Positions 25,691 through 37,067 of a stretch of 64,000 bases of DNA are shown here, one piece after another. Where the stretch lies: positions 35,755,877 to 35,819,876 of the forward strand of contig NC_083429.1 of assembly GCF_020745735.1 (NCBI RefSeq), written 5' to 3'. The notes beneath the pieces are model-generated. The model made no database searches. It was not told where the DNA came from and saw only the letters and a list, made by a program, of their open reading frames with translations. Origin of the DNA: Hemiscyllium ocellatum. Lineage: Eukaryota. The stretch's first letter is position 1, and each line of letters begins with the position of its first letter. The translations under genes and the position numbers were made by a program.

Positions 25691-27506
25691 ATACAGTCTG
25701 TAATTTCTGCAACATAATCATGGCCTGTCTATTCCAATCAGCCTCAGGATCATTTGCATCAGCTTGAAGGTGAATGCCCACAACTGTATGCGGGTCACTC
25801 TTAATCAAAGTAGTCTCAATAAGGCGGGTAATTAGACCACGCAGACATGGAATTATACAACAGCCCAAAGCAACTAAAATCCCGATTACCAACAGAAGTG
25901 TAATCACCACTGAGACCATCACCCCCTTCCATTTATCGAACCACCGCTCTAGCCAGCCAGTCCAATTAGTATTTACACCTGAATTCTCAGCTATCTCATC
26001 AGCCAGTGCCTGGAGACCTTCCAGGGCACGGGTCACCGAGCCATCAGGGGCCGTATTGTTGGGAATAAAAGTACAACATTGAGAGCCTATCATGACACAA
26101 ACGCCCCCCTTTTCAGCTAAGAGCATGTCCAAGGCCAGTCTATTTTCCCAAGCCATACGACTGGTGGCATCCAGTTATTCGGCCAAACCCTTTACTGCAT
26201 CTCTAGTATGGTTAATAAACCGTGCTTGGTTATAATAAATGTAGTTTATCCAATCCACATTCTTATTAATAGTAACCCACCAGAATAGGGATGATTCAAA
26301 GCCTGCTGAAGTCTGGTTACGAGCTTTGAACTCATCAGGCACCCCCCCTAGGGACCCCTATTGAATCAAGATAAATCCTTTCATCAACAGAAGTGGGTAG
26401 CAGTGATCTCTTATCTCTTCCTTTTCTCCCAACTAACTGTTCTCTTTCAAATGCCAAGGTGAATGGTATTGCCAATTGTACAATTGCACATATCCCCTTC
26501 CAATCAGGGGGCAGGGTGGGTCTCAGTAGTTTTCCTCCACAATACCACCACAGATCCGCTCGGGGAACGTTTAAAGATGAGTAATTTCTTCCTTCCACTG
26601 CTTCAGTAACGTTTTTAATCACCGAACACAATCTCAGCTCCCCCAAATCAATAGATCCACCCTGTCTATAAACACACGATATGTGATTCCCAACAGCGGC
26701 AGAAAACACAGGGGGAGCTTGCCTCTTATGTCCTTTTAAGGAAGAGAACATCAAAGACAAAGAAGCACAATTCGGATTTTTCCATGCAGTCTCATCTTGA
26801 TATAGGGCTATCATGCATTCCATGCCCTGTTTGTTTCGCTCCCACCCGAGCGGAAAGGGAACTACCTGAGACACTGTCCTACCGGAGGCACATGCATAGC
26901 AATTGCTTTTGTTCAGGCTTTTTACAGTATATTTAACCCATTCAATCCAGGCATTTGTTTATCCATATCCTGTTTCTATTTCAAGAGTCTGTCTCAGGTC
27001 TTTAACCTCTATAATCTGCAGTGACTTTGGATCAGTGTAAGGGGTTAAAGGTTGCAGTTTAGAATCAAGGAATCCCAAAGGCTGTCCCCGTCCGACGCCA
27101 ATTCAAAAATAGCAGCCCACAAAACGCTTCCCATACACTGTCATCTCTATCTTTAAATCTTTACTAAGGAGTTGAGACCCATTTTTATGGGGAAATGAGT
27201 CTTCAGAGGAAGCATTTTTAATGGTGAGATATATATAGGATGACACTTCCTGTCAAAACAGTTTAGGGCTGGGCTAAAGGGGGCTCTATGGATAGTGATG
27301 CTAGGCGGTGGCTTTTGCGGTTCGGTAGGGTGTGAAGAAATATCTTGGAGGAAAGATATTCCCTTTGAAACTCTACATCTGGGCATTCTACTTAGGCTGC
27401 AAGCATCAATTTTTATAACTTGTGGAAATTCCGAAACAGAAATCATTAACACAACATCTGAAAAAGATATATGAGCAAAACTCAGAAGTAACAGGAATAG
27501 CAGCAT
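25689..27506 (-). pseudogene. env: Gamma-type env pseudogene
   Basis: Signal peptide MLLFLLLLSFAHISFS, CXXC (CYAC, about 26900), furin site RDKR, immunosuppressive domain ENRLALDMLLAEKGGVC with CX6CC, and a TM helix. Disrupted by frameshifts (e.g. G-run at about 26345) and a TAA at about 26175. Confidence 0.93.
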
Positions 27507-27659
27507 AATTCTGACTAGTGCTAAGAACTTAAACAATATATCAAAGCACAAAACAAGATTAACATACAATTCTGAAGAAACAGTCCCCGCACTCACGTCG
27601 CCATAGTATAGTCAGTTAATCAAAGTCTGTTCAGTCTGAGTTATAGTGGGTCACGTGTT

Positions 27660-27875
27660 GATTCGGCTGTCCAGACTCCTTTCTTAACTGGAGAGGTGAC
27701 TGGCCATTTGCCAGCTTTTCTCCGCCGTTCAATGGTGAGGAGTACTAGGAACGGGCCGTCCCACACAAGTTCGAGAGTTAACTGTTGTCAGTGTTTGATC
27801 AAAACCCCTTCACCGGGTTCAATAGTGTGCACAGCGAAATCCAGAGGTGGTGTCTGAGTCAGGAGTCCCTGGTGA
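27660..27875 (-). pseudogene. Integrase C-terminal remnant
   Basis: QTPPLDFAVHTIEPGEGVLIK...WDGPFLVLLT (GPY/F motif). No HHCC or DDE core was found. Confidence 0.75.
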
Positions 27876-28749
27876 AGTAAACGAGAAACAGCGAAGCCCA
27901 GGGTCTCAACATATTTACAGATACACATATCTCGTGACTCAAGCTCTAGGTGATAAACACTCAAACATTCATGCACGAACGAACAGATGACTTTCAGCCA
28001 GAAACACAACAAAATGTAATAGCTTCCGTTCTCTCTCTGTAGGTCCTCACACACAGCCAGTCTCTCTCTCTCTCTCTCTCTCATACGGTGTTGGTCTCTC
28101 TGTCTATGTCTGCCTGTCACTGTCTCCTGTGTCTGCGCATCGGAGCTCATAGCGACCTCCCCTCGACCACCAGGTCTTCAAGTGCTAATTCTTTTCCCCA
28201 ACTATCTCCACTCGCAGTCTCCAGTACTGCTGGGCAGTCCCCATGTGGCAGATCTTGCCCCCCTTTTTCCCGGAGGTCACTGCTCTACATATGGAACTGT
28301 TCAGGGTCGGTTGTCAGTAACATTTTAATTCTTTCAAGCACATCGCAGTTGTCAAATGTAATGTTTTCCCTGTGTCTGGGCGCATCCGCCCCCGGAGCTC
28401 CCGCTCCCTACCTACCGTTTATCAACGCAGCCCTACGCGCCGTATAGCCCCCACGAACAATCTCAGCGCAATACAGTCTACTTACTGTCTCAACGTCCTG
28501 AAACTCACTCTCAAGTTACCCATATTAATTCGCATCTACCCTCAGAGTTTCTGTTCCCCCCTGCCTTATCAGCAGCCTATTTCTTTGTACATCTGTTCCG
28601 GAGCCACTGCTCCCCTGCCTCACTGGCAGCCTATCTCTCTGTGTAACTGGGTACATTTGCCCCTGGAGCCCCTGCTCCCCTGCCTCATTTTCCTGAAGGT
28701 GGATACCACCCCTCATGTCGTGTGAATTTGGAATTGTTCTAACTTATTA

Positions 28750-29735
28750 CTACCTTGCACTCAATCTCATGAATGGTCCTCCTTTCCATAAGAAGTCAGC
28801 CGGATTTGAACATGCACCCACCTCTATCTTAAGGTCCTCTCTATCTAAGAGCGCTGCCTCATATTTCAGGATTCGGGAGTCTGTGAGCCATCGTCCCGCT
28901 TTTTGATTCAGAACAGTGCGGACTTGGTGAGGAGTAACCACAGTCAGTGGTGCTCCAAACGTCAGTTTCTGGCTTTCTTCCACTAGCTTAGCAGTGGCTG
29001 CTACTGCTTGTACACATTCGGGCCAACCCCGTGAAACGGGGTCTAGGATTCTGGAGAGGAAAGCTACAGGTTTTCTATGCCCACCCCATTCCTGAGTCAA
29101 GACCCCAAAAGCCGTCCCGTGCTTGGCGTTAACAAAGAGTCGAAAATCTTTATTAAAATCTGGCAAGCTCAAAACCGGTGCTGTAACTAATTTTTTTTTA
29201 AAGCTTCAATCAGCATTTTTCCTTCTGGGTCCCATTTAACCCTGTCCGGAGCCTCCTCTGTTAGCTGCAGGTATAGTCTTTTTGTAAGAGTAGCATAATT
29301 ATATATCCAGAATCTGCAATAACCTAGCAAACCCAGGAACTTTCGGAGTTCCCTCTTAATTCGGGGTAGTCCTAATTCTACAATTCCCTTTACTCTTTCA
29401 GGGCTTATTCTCTTCTGCCCTTGACTGATCAAATGCTCTAAATATCTTACTTCCCGTTCCACATACTGTAGTTTGTTCTGACTAACTTGCAATCCCTTCA
29501 CTGCAAGGTAGTTTAATAAATCATTGGTTCCCTGCTGTGTGTCAGTTTGGGTGGGACCGGACAACAGGAGGTCATCCACATACTGAATTAACTTTAAAGT
29601 TAGTCTTAAAGTCAAGCCCTCAAGAACTTGTTCTAGGATCTGTCCAAACAAGTTTGGTGACTCGGTAAAACCTTCAGCTAAGACAGTCCACCTATACTGC
29701 TGTTTTCTCCCAGTATCAGGGTCCTCCTTAAGTTC
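28750..29735 (-). pseudogene. pol: pol remnant: RT C-terminal half and connection/tether region
   Basis: QYRWTVLAEGFTESPNLF, LIQYVDDLLL, LRKFLGLLGYCRFWI, then LSLPD...PVAFLS..LDPVSRGWPECVQAVAA after a frameshift at about 29190. Confidence 0.93.
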
Positions 29736-30099
29736 TAATAAAATCATATCATGAGAAAAAAAATAACGTTGAGCATTCATAAAATTACAATCAAAAATAG
29801 CGCACTGAATCAAATGACAAACAACAAGTTTCACACATAAAACCATTAACAAACAGATGAATTCAAGCCAGAGCACAAAGTGTTAAACTGCTTGTTAGCT
29901 GAGAAGCCTTTTTTAAAAAAAAATCCATACACAAACACAAATTCTCACATCCACAGAGACTTTTTTTTACAATCAAATTTACACACACAAAGACACACAT
30001 AAATCTTCACCAACACAAAATTCCTATTGGGGGCCGGCCCACAAAGACATAAATATTCAGATTTAGGTAACCACCTTATTTATCCGACTCCTTTTGTCT

Positions 30100-30862
30100 T
30101 TCATACAGTCCTCCCTTACTACTGCTACCATTATCTTAGCCTTCCGTTCCTCCGCCATTATGTCTCTCTATACAAATACTTTCTGAACCTCCTGTAACAA
30201 CTCCGACTCATTTCTACCGTTCCCGTCCTCTATCTTCTGTAACTTCTTCTGGATATCAGGCCATGCCTTTGTCACGAAGTGAACCTTTACCATCCGTCAT
30301 CCTATGTCCCCATCTGGGTCTATACCCGAACATTTCCTAACCGACTCCCTTAATCTGTGTAAGAATGCACAGGGAGACTCGTCCTTTCCCTGCCTCAGGT
30401 CGAAAACCTTGGCTAAATTTTGTTGTTTGGGGATGCAAGTTTGTATCCCTTGGATTATCAAATTTTGCATGTCTAACATATTATTCCACCCTTCTATATT
30501 GTGGTGGTCCCAGTTAGGGTTCTGAAGGGGATATTTGTCTTCACCCCTAACCATCCCCCTCTCATGCCAAATTGTCCGGTAAGCTTAATACCGGCACTGC
30601 TACTAGTTTTTTTTTAATCTCAATTAACACTTTCCCTATCCAGTATCCCCATATAAGTCTCCTTTCTCCCCCAGTAAATAGTATATTCAAAAATAGACAT
30701 TAACTCAGCCCACATATACAGACTGGGCCTCAAAAATTAATTTGTTCTGACAATCCTATCGGATTCTCATCCAGGACCGTCATTTCCTTTTAAATGTTCC
30801 GACCTCCCCACTGGTGAGGGGGTCACACACAAACCCAATCTCCTTGTCCCCTATCGGCACTT
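30100..30862 (-). pseudogene. gag: gag capsid segment
   Basis: VPIGDKEIGFVCDPLTSGEV..., major homology region QGKDESPCAFLHRL, and FVTKAWPDIQKKLQKIE. No nucleocapsid zinc knuckle follows. Confidence 0.88.
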
Positions 30863-31357
30863 TAGTCGATACGTTCTTCCTTTTTTTAAGAAATATTGCA
30901 ATGTTCCTAGCTTCTCATATCCTCAAACACCAATTTATTAATTCATGCTTGACTAACTTTAAAGCCTGTTCCTAACTTGTAAACATATTTATATATTTAC
31001 GTCCATTTATTCAGTATTTAATATTTAAAATGTAAAATGCATACAGTTCCCAATTTTAAAATCCACTGTATTCACCCAGATTTAGTACCCTAATTTTAGA
31101 TCCAAAATTAGTTTTCTTATGTACTCCTGACCAATTATTTCTCAATTACAATACTTTAGGTCGTAAAATAATCAGAGCTGTCTTACAATAATTTGTCAAT
31201 TCAAGTTTAAAAAAAAAATTCTAATGGCCGAATCCAAGGTCTCAGACAATAACCATGGAAGTTATCGTCTTTTTTTTCCCGACAGTCTACTGTTGAACTG
31301 AAACTACAACTGTCCTTCACATATTGAAAATAAATCATGTTAAGTTTACATAAAGAT

Positions 31358-31660
31358 CACGGTGGCACAGTGGTTAGCACTGCTGCCTCACAGCGCCTGT
31401 AGACCCGGGTTCAATTCCCGACTCAGGCGACTGACTGTGTGGAGTTTGCACGTTCTCCCCGTGTCTGCGTGGGTTTCCTCCGGGTGCTCCGGTTTCCTCC
31501 CACAGTCCAAAGATGTGCGGGTCAGGTGAATTGGCCAAGCTAAATTGCCCGTAGTGTTAGGTAAGGGGTAAATGTAGGGGTATGGGTGGGTTGCGCTTCG
31601 GCGGGTCGGTGTGGACTTGTTGGGCCGAAGGGCCTGTTTCCACACTGTAAGTCTAATCTA
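31358..31660 (+). mobile_element. HE1-type SINE inside the provirus
   Basis: Full SINE body with 10-bp TSD TAAAGATCAC (31351-31360 and 31659-31668). Confidence 0.93.
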
Positions 31661-31859
31661 AAGATCACATTTAAAACAATCCTGGAACTCAAGCTCCAGT
31701 GAATAAAACTTCCTCATTCAATCACCAACAAACCAATGTGCATTCAAACCGAATCACAGAGGGTTAAATGTTTTGCGAGCAGTTCTCGCACTCTCTCTCT
31801 CTCTCTGTCGGTCTTACTGCAAGCTGCTGGTAAAAAATAAACTTCAGTTGTCTTATATA

Positions 31860-32521
31860 ATTTGAGTTTAATGGGGCTACAACAAATCCTGTGGTCCGTT
31901 CCCCAAACGGGACCTCCCATAGGGGATACAGTCTCACTACTTCTTTATCACCTTTTCCCCTCATCTCTCTCTCCTTTAGTCGTGCAGATCTCCTTACCCC
32001 CTCAGCCCCTGCTGCTGTGGCTTCCACGTCCCCTTCGCCAGATCCCCTGGATCCCGCTCCTGATTCTCCAACGGCCGCTGCCGTTGTTCCTCCTGAAGAG
32101 CATATGGCGGGGGTGCCACAGGCGGGGGTAAGTTCTCTAACACTTCCCACTTACTCTCATTCAGTGGGGTTAAAGGATATAAGGGTACTGGGGTTGGAGC
32201 AGTTGCTGTCAGGTTCCCTACCCAACATGCAGCATACTCGCTCTCCTTTAAACCTGGATACTGTTTATTCTTTACATAATCATTTAAAATTTGACAAACC
32301 CAATCCTCGTCCGATCCAAATTTTGGCCAGATCACTGATGGCGGACGGATGGGTTCTTTTACCCAAACAAAACAACAGTATTTTATCATTTCCTTTTTCT
32401 TTAAGCCCCGACTTTCGTAGGGACTCCAATTCCCCAATTTTCGTCCCAGCGGACTATTAAGGGGAATCTTTGGGGTTTCGTCTTCCCGTTCCTTTTTAGA
32501 CCTGGAACCTCGGCCACCCAT
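31860..32521 (-). pseudogene. gag: gag matrix / late-domain segment
   Basis: MGGRGS (myristoylation-type start), WPKFGS, PLYP and PPPY motifs. After a frameshift it reads LYPLWEVPFGERTTGFVVAPLNS. Confidence 0.9.
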
Positions 32522-32842
32522 GGTTGGTCTTCAGGCTAACCTACACTCTGGTTACTCAATTAACCCTTGTATCCCGGTTACCTGTCACAACCACCGAGTC
32601 GACAAGGCAGTGTACCCTTCTCAATTCCGCGAAAACCCCAAAATACCAGAGAAGGTTCTTACCTTGATCCTGTGCACGGAGTTGTCCGACTCAAAGTAAA
32701 AAAATCACCTTTTTACTTTTTCGAAGCTTCAACCTTTTTGCTTTATTGCGAGCGCCACCTATTCACATCGTTTGCTCAAACATCTGTGTGTGTCACAGTG
32801 TCCCAGAATCATTCAGAGCCTCCCGTGGGAGTTCTGTTTAGG

Positions 32843-32862
32843 ATCCCGGACACGAGCCCCCA
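32843..32862 (-). promoter_or_regulatory. tRNA-Pro primer-binding site with a 2-nt insertion
   Basis: TGGGGGCTCGTGTCCGGGAT versus canonical Pro PBS TGGGGGCTCGTCCGGGAT, 4 nt from the 5' LTR. Confidence 0.88.
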
Positions 32863-32866
32863 AATT

Positions 32867-33940
32867 TGTTATAAGTGAATTCTGTCTAGGCTTTCTGAAT
32901 CTCCGGAGAATAGTTCCTGACACTTGGCTAACTATTCTAACTCTAGGGATCTGATTCAGAACAACCGGGTCCTGCCTCCGAACTCTGCCAACCGCGGACT
33001 GTCCTTTAACCCTTGTATTAAGGGAGACTGTCCGCAAGGTTAAGTTCAAAAAGGCGAACTCCAAGTTGACTGGTATCAGCCCTTATCCCCATCGGCTATC
33101 ACTTCTCCCGTGGCAAATCGAAATACTGCGAGACACACACAAACGGAGCAACAGATGTTTATTCAATTTTCGAAGATTGGGCGAGTTCCAAAAAGGACTT
33201 CGGAAGTCGCAACAAGAGATTTTACAGCACTGATACTTATACATTATTTTTCCATTCAAATACATTGGTGATAATTTCATTGGTTTAAACATCTCACGCT
33301 ATGGATTTTTCTTACATTAAAAATCATTAATGACAATTCCATTGGTTAAAGCATTTCACGCTTTTCTCTGCCAATTTCTTTAATTAAAATGTTATATTAT
33401 TTTACAATTTCTGCTATTTGGTATCTTCATGTTCTACTAGTTATAACATTTATTGATTTTTGTGTATGTCATGAAAAGAGCTTTCATTGTATTTTGCCCT
33501 CTGTGTCTAATTGAAGCATTCCTTGGTTTCTTGCCCAAGGTTACCATGTTCCTGGCTTTACAGAGGTAACTTCTAGTTCATGCTTCATTATGGCCTAGTC
33601 AATCATTAGTTTCATAATTTAGCTTCTATTCATTAAACCTCAGTTTTAGTACAGTGAGTGTGCATNNNNNNNNNNNNNNNNNNNNNNNNNNNNNNNNNNN
33701 NNNNNNNNNNNNNNNNNNNNNNNNNNNNNNNNNNNNNNNNNNNNNNNNNNNNNNNNNNNNNNNNNNNNNNNNNNNNNNNNNNNNNNNNNNNNNNNNNNNN
33801 NNNNNNNNNNNNNNNNNNNNNNNNNNNNNNNNNNNNNNNNNNNNNNNNNNNNNNNNNNNNNNNNNNNNNNNNNNNNNNNNNNNNNNNNNNNNNNNNNNNN
33901 NNNNNNNNNNNNNNNNNNNNNNNNTACATTAACCATATCA
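32867..33940 (-). repeat. ERV 5' LTR
   Basis: Copy of 24605-25673, with an assembly gap over the microsatellite. Confidence 0.96.
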
Positions 33941-36900
33941 GTAATAGGACCCTTGGTGTTTATTAATGGCCTGGACTTGTTTGTTCAGGATGTAGTTTTA
34001 AAGTTTGCAGATGACATGATTTGGGTGATATGTTAGGAGGGTAATGGGAGATTTCAAGAGGAGGACATAGACCGGTTGAATAAGGGGACATGTGTGAAAT
34101 TATACAGTTTGTTGGGAGGACCAAGGAGAGCCAATTAAAAAAATGAAAGGATATTCAATAAGATGACTGATCTGATAATGTTCAAATCCACTTTCCTGCC
34201 TTTTTCCCATAACTTTCGATTCCCTTACATCTATCTCAGCAATGAACATACTTAATATCACAGTTGTGACAGTCCTCTGTGATAAAAATTCTGCAGATTC
34301 ACTACTCTATAAATTCCTCCTCATCGCTACCTTAAATGTGCAACACTTCATTCTGAGATTATTTCCTCTGGTCCTAGATTCTCTCACAAAATGTTGTCTG
34401 CATCTTCTCTGTCAAGTTTCCTAAGAATCTTTCAATAAGGTTCCTACTCATTCTTCTAAACTCCAAATAGTACTGGCCCAACTTACTCAACGTCTTCTTA
34501 TAAGGTCTTACATCCAGCCATTGTACAATGTGCTAACCCTCAGAATTACCCCAAGACATGTTGTTAGCAAACTGCTCAGAGAACCTGTAATAAAAGCAAA
34601 ATACTGTAAACGTTGAAATAAAAAATTAAGGAAAACAAAATGGTGGAACAACTCAGCAGTTTAGGCAGTATTCCTGGAGAGAGAATTAATATATTGAGTC
34701 CCATGTGACACTACTTCAGAGCTGCAATGTTTTATTCTTCTAAACACAAGGACAAGGAATGAGTGTGGCATCATAATTCATCTAGGTCTTAAATTGCATC
34801 ACAATCATTTCAGCTAAAGCCCAATCATTGTAATGTGACATTATCACAGCATTTAATTTTAAACAGCTAACTGATGCTCTTACATCATAGATGTAGCCAT
34901 AGTAACACTAATATTCTAGGATGTGCTAATTTGAATTGCAAAGTAAATTGTGAATAGTCAGTAAGTCAGAAAACTTGATAAAAATATGTTAAAAGTCTCA
35001 AACTTTGTTTATTACTCTGACTCTATCCATGTTTGATACTTTGTAGCAGTACTTTTCTCCTCTTACAATATAAACAAGGTATGTAATAATAGGGCAAAGG
35101 TCAGATAATTCCATGGAAGAAGTAAGCAGAAGAGAAAATTGTAAGCACTTGGTAGGCCTTGTTTTTAAAAAAAAATTCTCAACAAAAGATAAATTGCTTT
35201 TTAAAATACATTAACTGAAGAAGCTAATCTATATTTGAATATTTCTATTTATTTATTGTATTTGCAATATATTAAATACTAATCTTTAAAATTAAAAAGT
35301 AAGAAAGCTTTATGAATTAGCTGTGACTAGAATCGTCAAATTGCCTCTAACAATCTAGCTGTTTTTACCCTTTATGATAAAGTAGTTTACTGAAACTGCT
35401 GAAACCAAAGGGTACTGCAGTCCTGTCCAGAAAGGCCCCAGTTTCCGTAACCAGGAACTGCTGAATTAGGCCCATGGCTAGTTGATTGCTAAAGGAATAT
35501 GGACATTCCTTGCTAACATTGTAGTTATAATCAGTAGGGGAAACCTAACAATAGACATCAATCATCCTGCCATTTGCGTTCAGTGGTATTGACCATCAGC
35601 AAAGGTAATGAAAACCTTGTAGATTAAGTAAATGCAGAAGTTAGAAACAGAATTGCATTTGCCATAGAGGCTTGCACCTATAAGTTGAAACAGCATTACT
35701 AGCATAACAGAACATTGATGCTATTTTTTTTCTAAAGTTGGACCTATTACCTTGGAGCTGAAACTGTGTTGCTGGAAAAGCGCAGCAGGTCAGGCAGCAT
35801 CCATGGAGCAGGAGAATCGACGTTTCAGGCATGAGCCCTTCTAGGGGTGGGGGTGGGGGTGGGAGGTTTAGGGTACACCCCTGTGTAGAACTCCAGGGAA
35901 AGTGTGGGACAGAGAGAGAGTGGGCAGACAGTTATTTGGACACGGTGTCTGTTTAATCACTGTAAACTAAAGACGCGATCACTGTGGAAACACGTCTTTG
36001 ATGTGATGTTTCTATCGGGACCTTGAGATCTCCTTCAGATAATTGGTATTCAGATAATCGAGGTACCTCTGTAAACCCTCCAGTGTCAGCACTGGCATCA
36101 TGCAACAATCCCTGTGTAGTGCCACTATCCAGCCATTTGCTGGGAGGCCACCTTCTTGGAGCTGGCAATCTACCCATGAGACCGATGGGCCACTCTATCT
36201 CTAGCAAAGGGCCAGCAACCTCGGAACATTGCTCTTTAGTAGCAATCAAAAACAGAGCCTGTGAGGACTGTAGAACTCAGTGCCTGTGAGAGTGATGGAA
36301 AAGGGTGCCTGTAAAAATAGTGGAACTCACTACAAGGACAGTAGAAGCAGGTGCGATGCATTATTTCAAAAAATGTGGATGTACCGATATTGGATTGGGG
36401 GTGGACAAAGTTAGAAGTCACATGACACCAGGTTATAGTCCAACAGGTTTATTTGAAATCACAAGTTTTTGGAGCGCTGCTCCTTCGTCATGCAAACTCA
36501 CCTTTTGGAGGAGCAGCACTCTGTAAGCTTGTGATTTCAAATAAACCTGTTGCACTGTAACTTGATGTCATGTAAATCCTGACTTATTTCAAAAGTTTGG
36601 GCACTTGACAGAAATCAACTTGCGGGCTAAGGTCACATACATTGATTTCACCAATTCTGTCCTCTCACACTCTAATTTCCATAAACAAAGTAGCTGAATT
36701 GCTTGTTCCTAATTAAATGATTTTGCGAACAACTGTAATACCATTGTATTGGCTGGAAGCATTTAATTAAATTAAATTAAATAATCTAGTGGTCTTCCTA
36801 AAGTATATGATTAAGAGATTAAGATATTAGCCCTAATCTATCAGATCAGTAGTCTGGTAAGTGTCATCGATTAATAGGTTGGCTAAGGTTAAAGAGAAAA

Positions 36901-37067
36901 GTCTATTTATGTGTTTCTGGTTTTGGGGCTGAAATCTTACTTCAGTTACAAGAGTTTCAAAGATGTCTATTTTTATAATACTTAAATAATTGTGTAGTTT
37001 CACTCCCATTAGGAAACACAGAGAAGGCAAGAAGGATTACAAATAAGCAACTAAGCATAAGATCACA

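Larger units (their letters stand above)
24605..33940 (-). mobile_element. Class I (gamma/epsilon-like) endogenous retrovirus, defective provirus
   Basis: Two TG...CA LTRs, 4-bp TSD GTAA (24601-24604 and 33941-33944), PBS, PPT, and gag, RT and env remnants. Confidence 0.96.

Noticed and set aside
25689-27506. Domesticated syncytin-like env
   Set aside because: env has frameshifts and a nonsense codon and sits in a young provirus; no sign of preservation.
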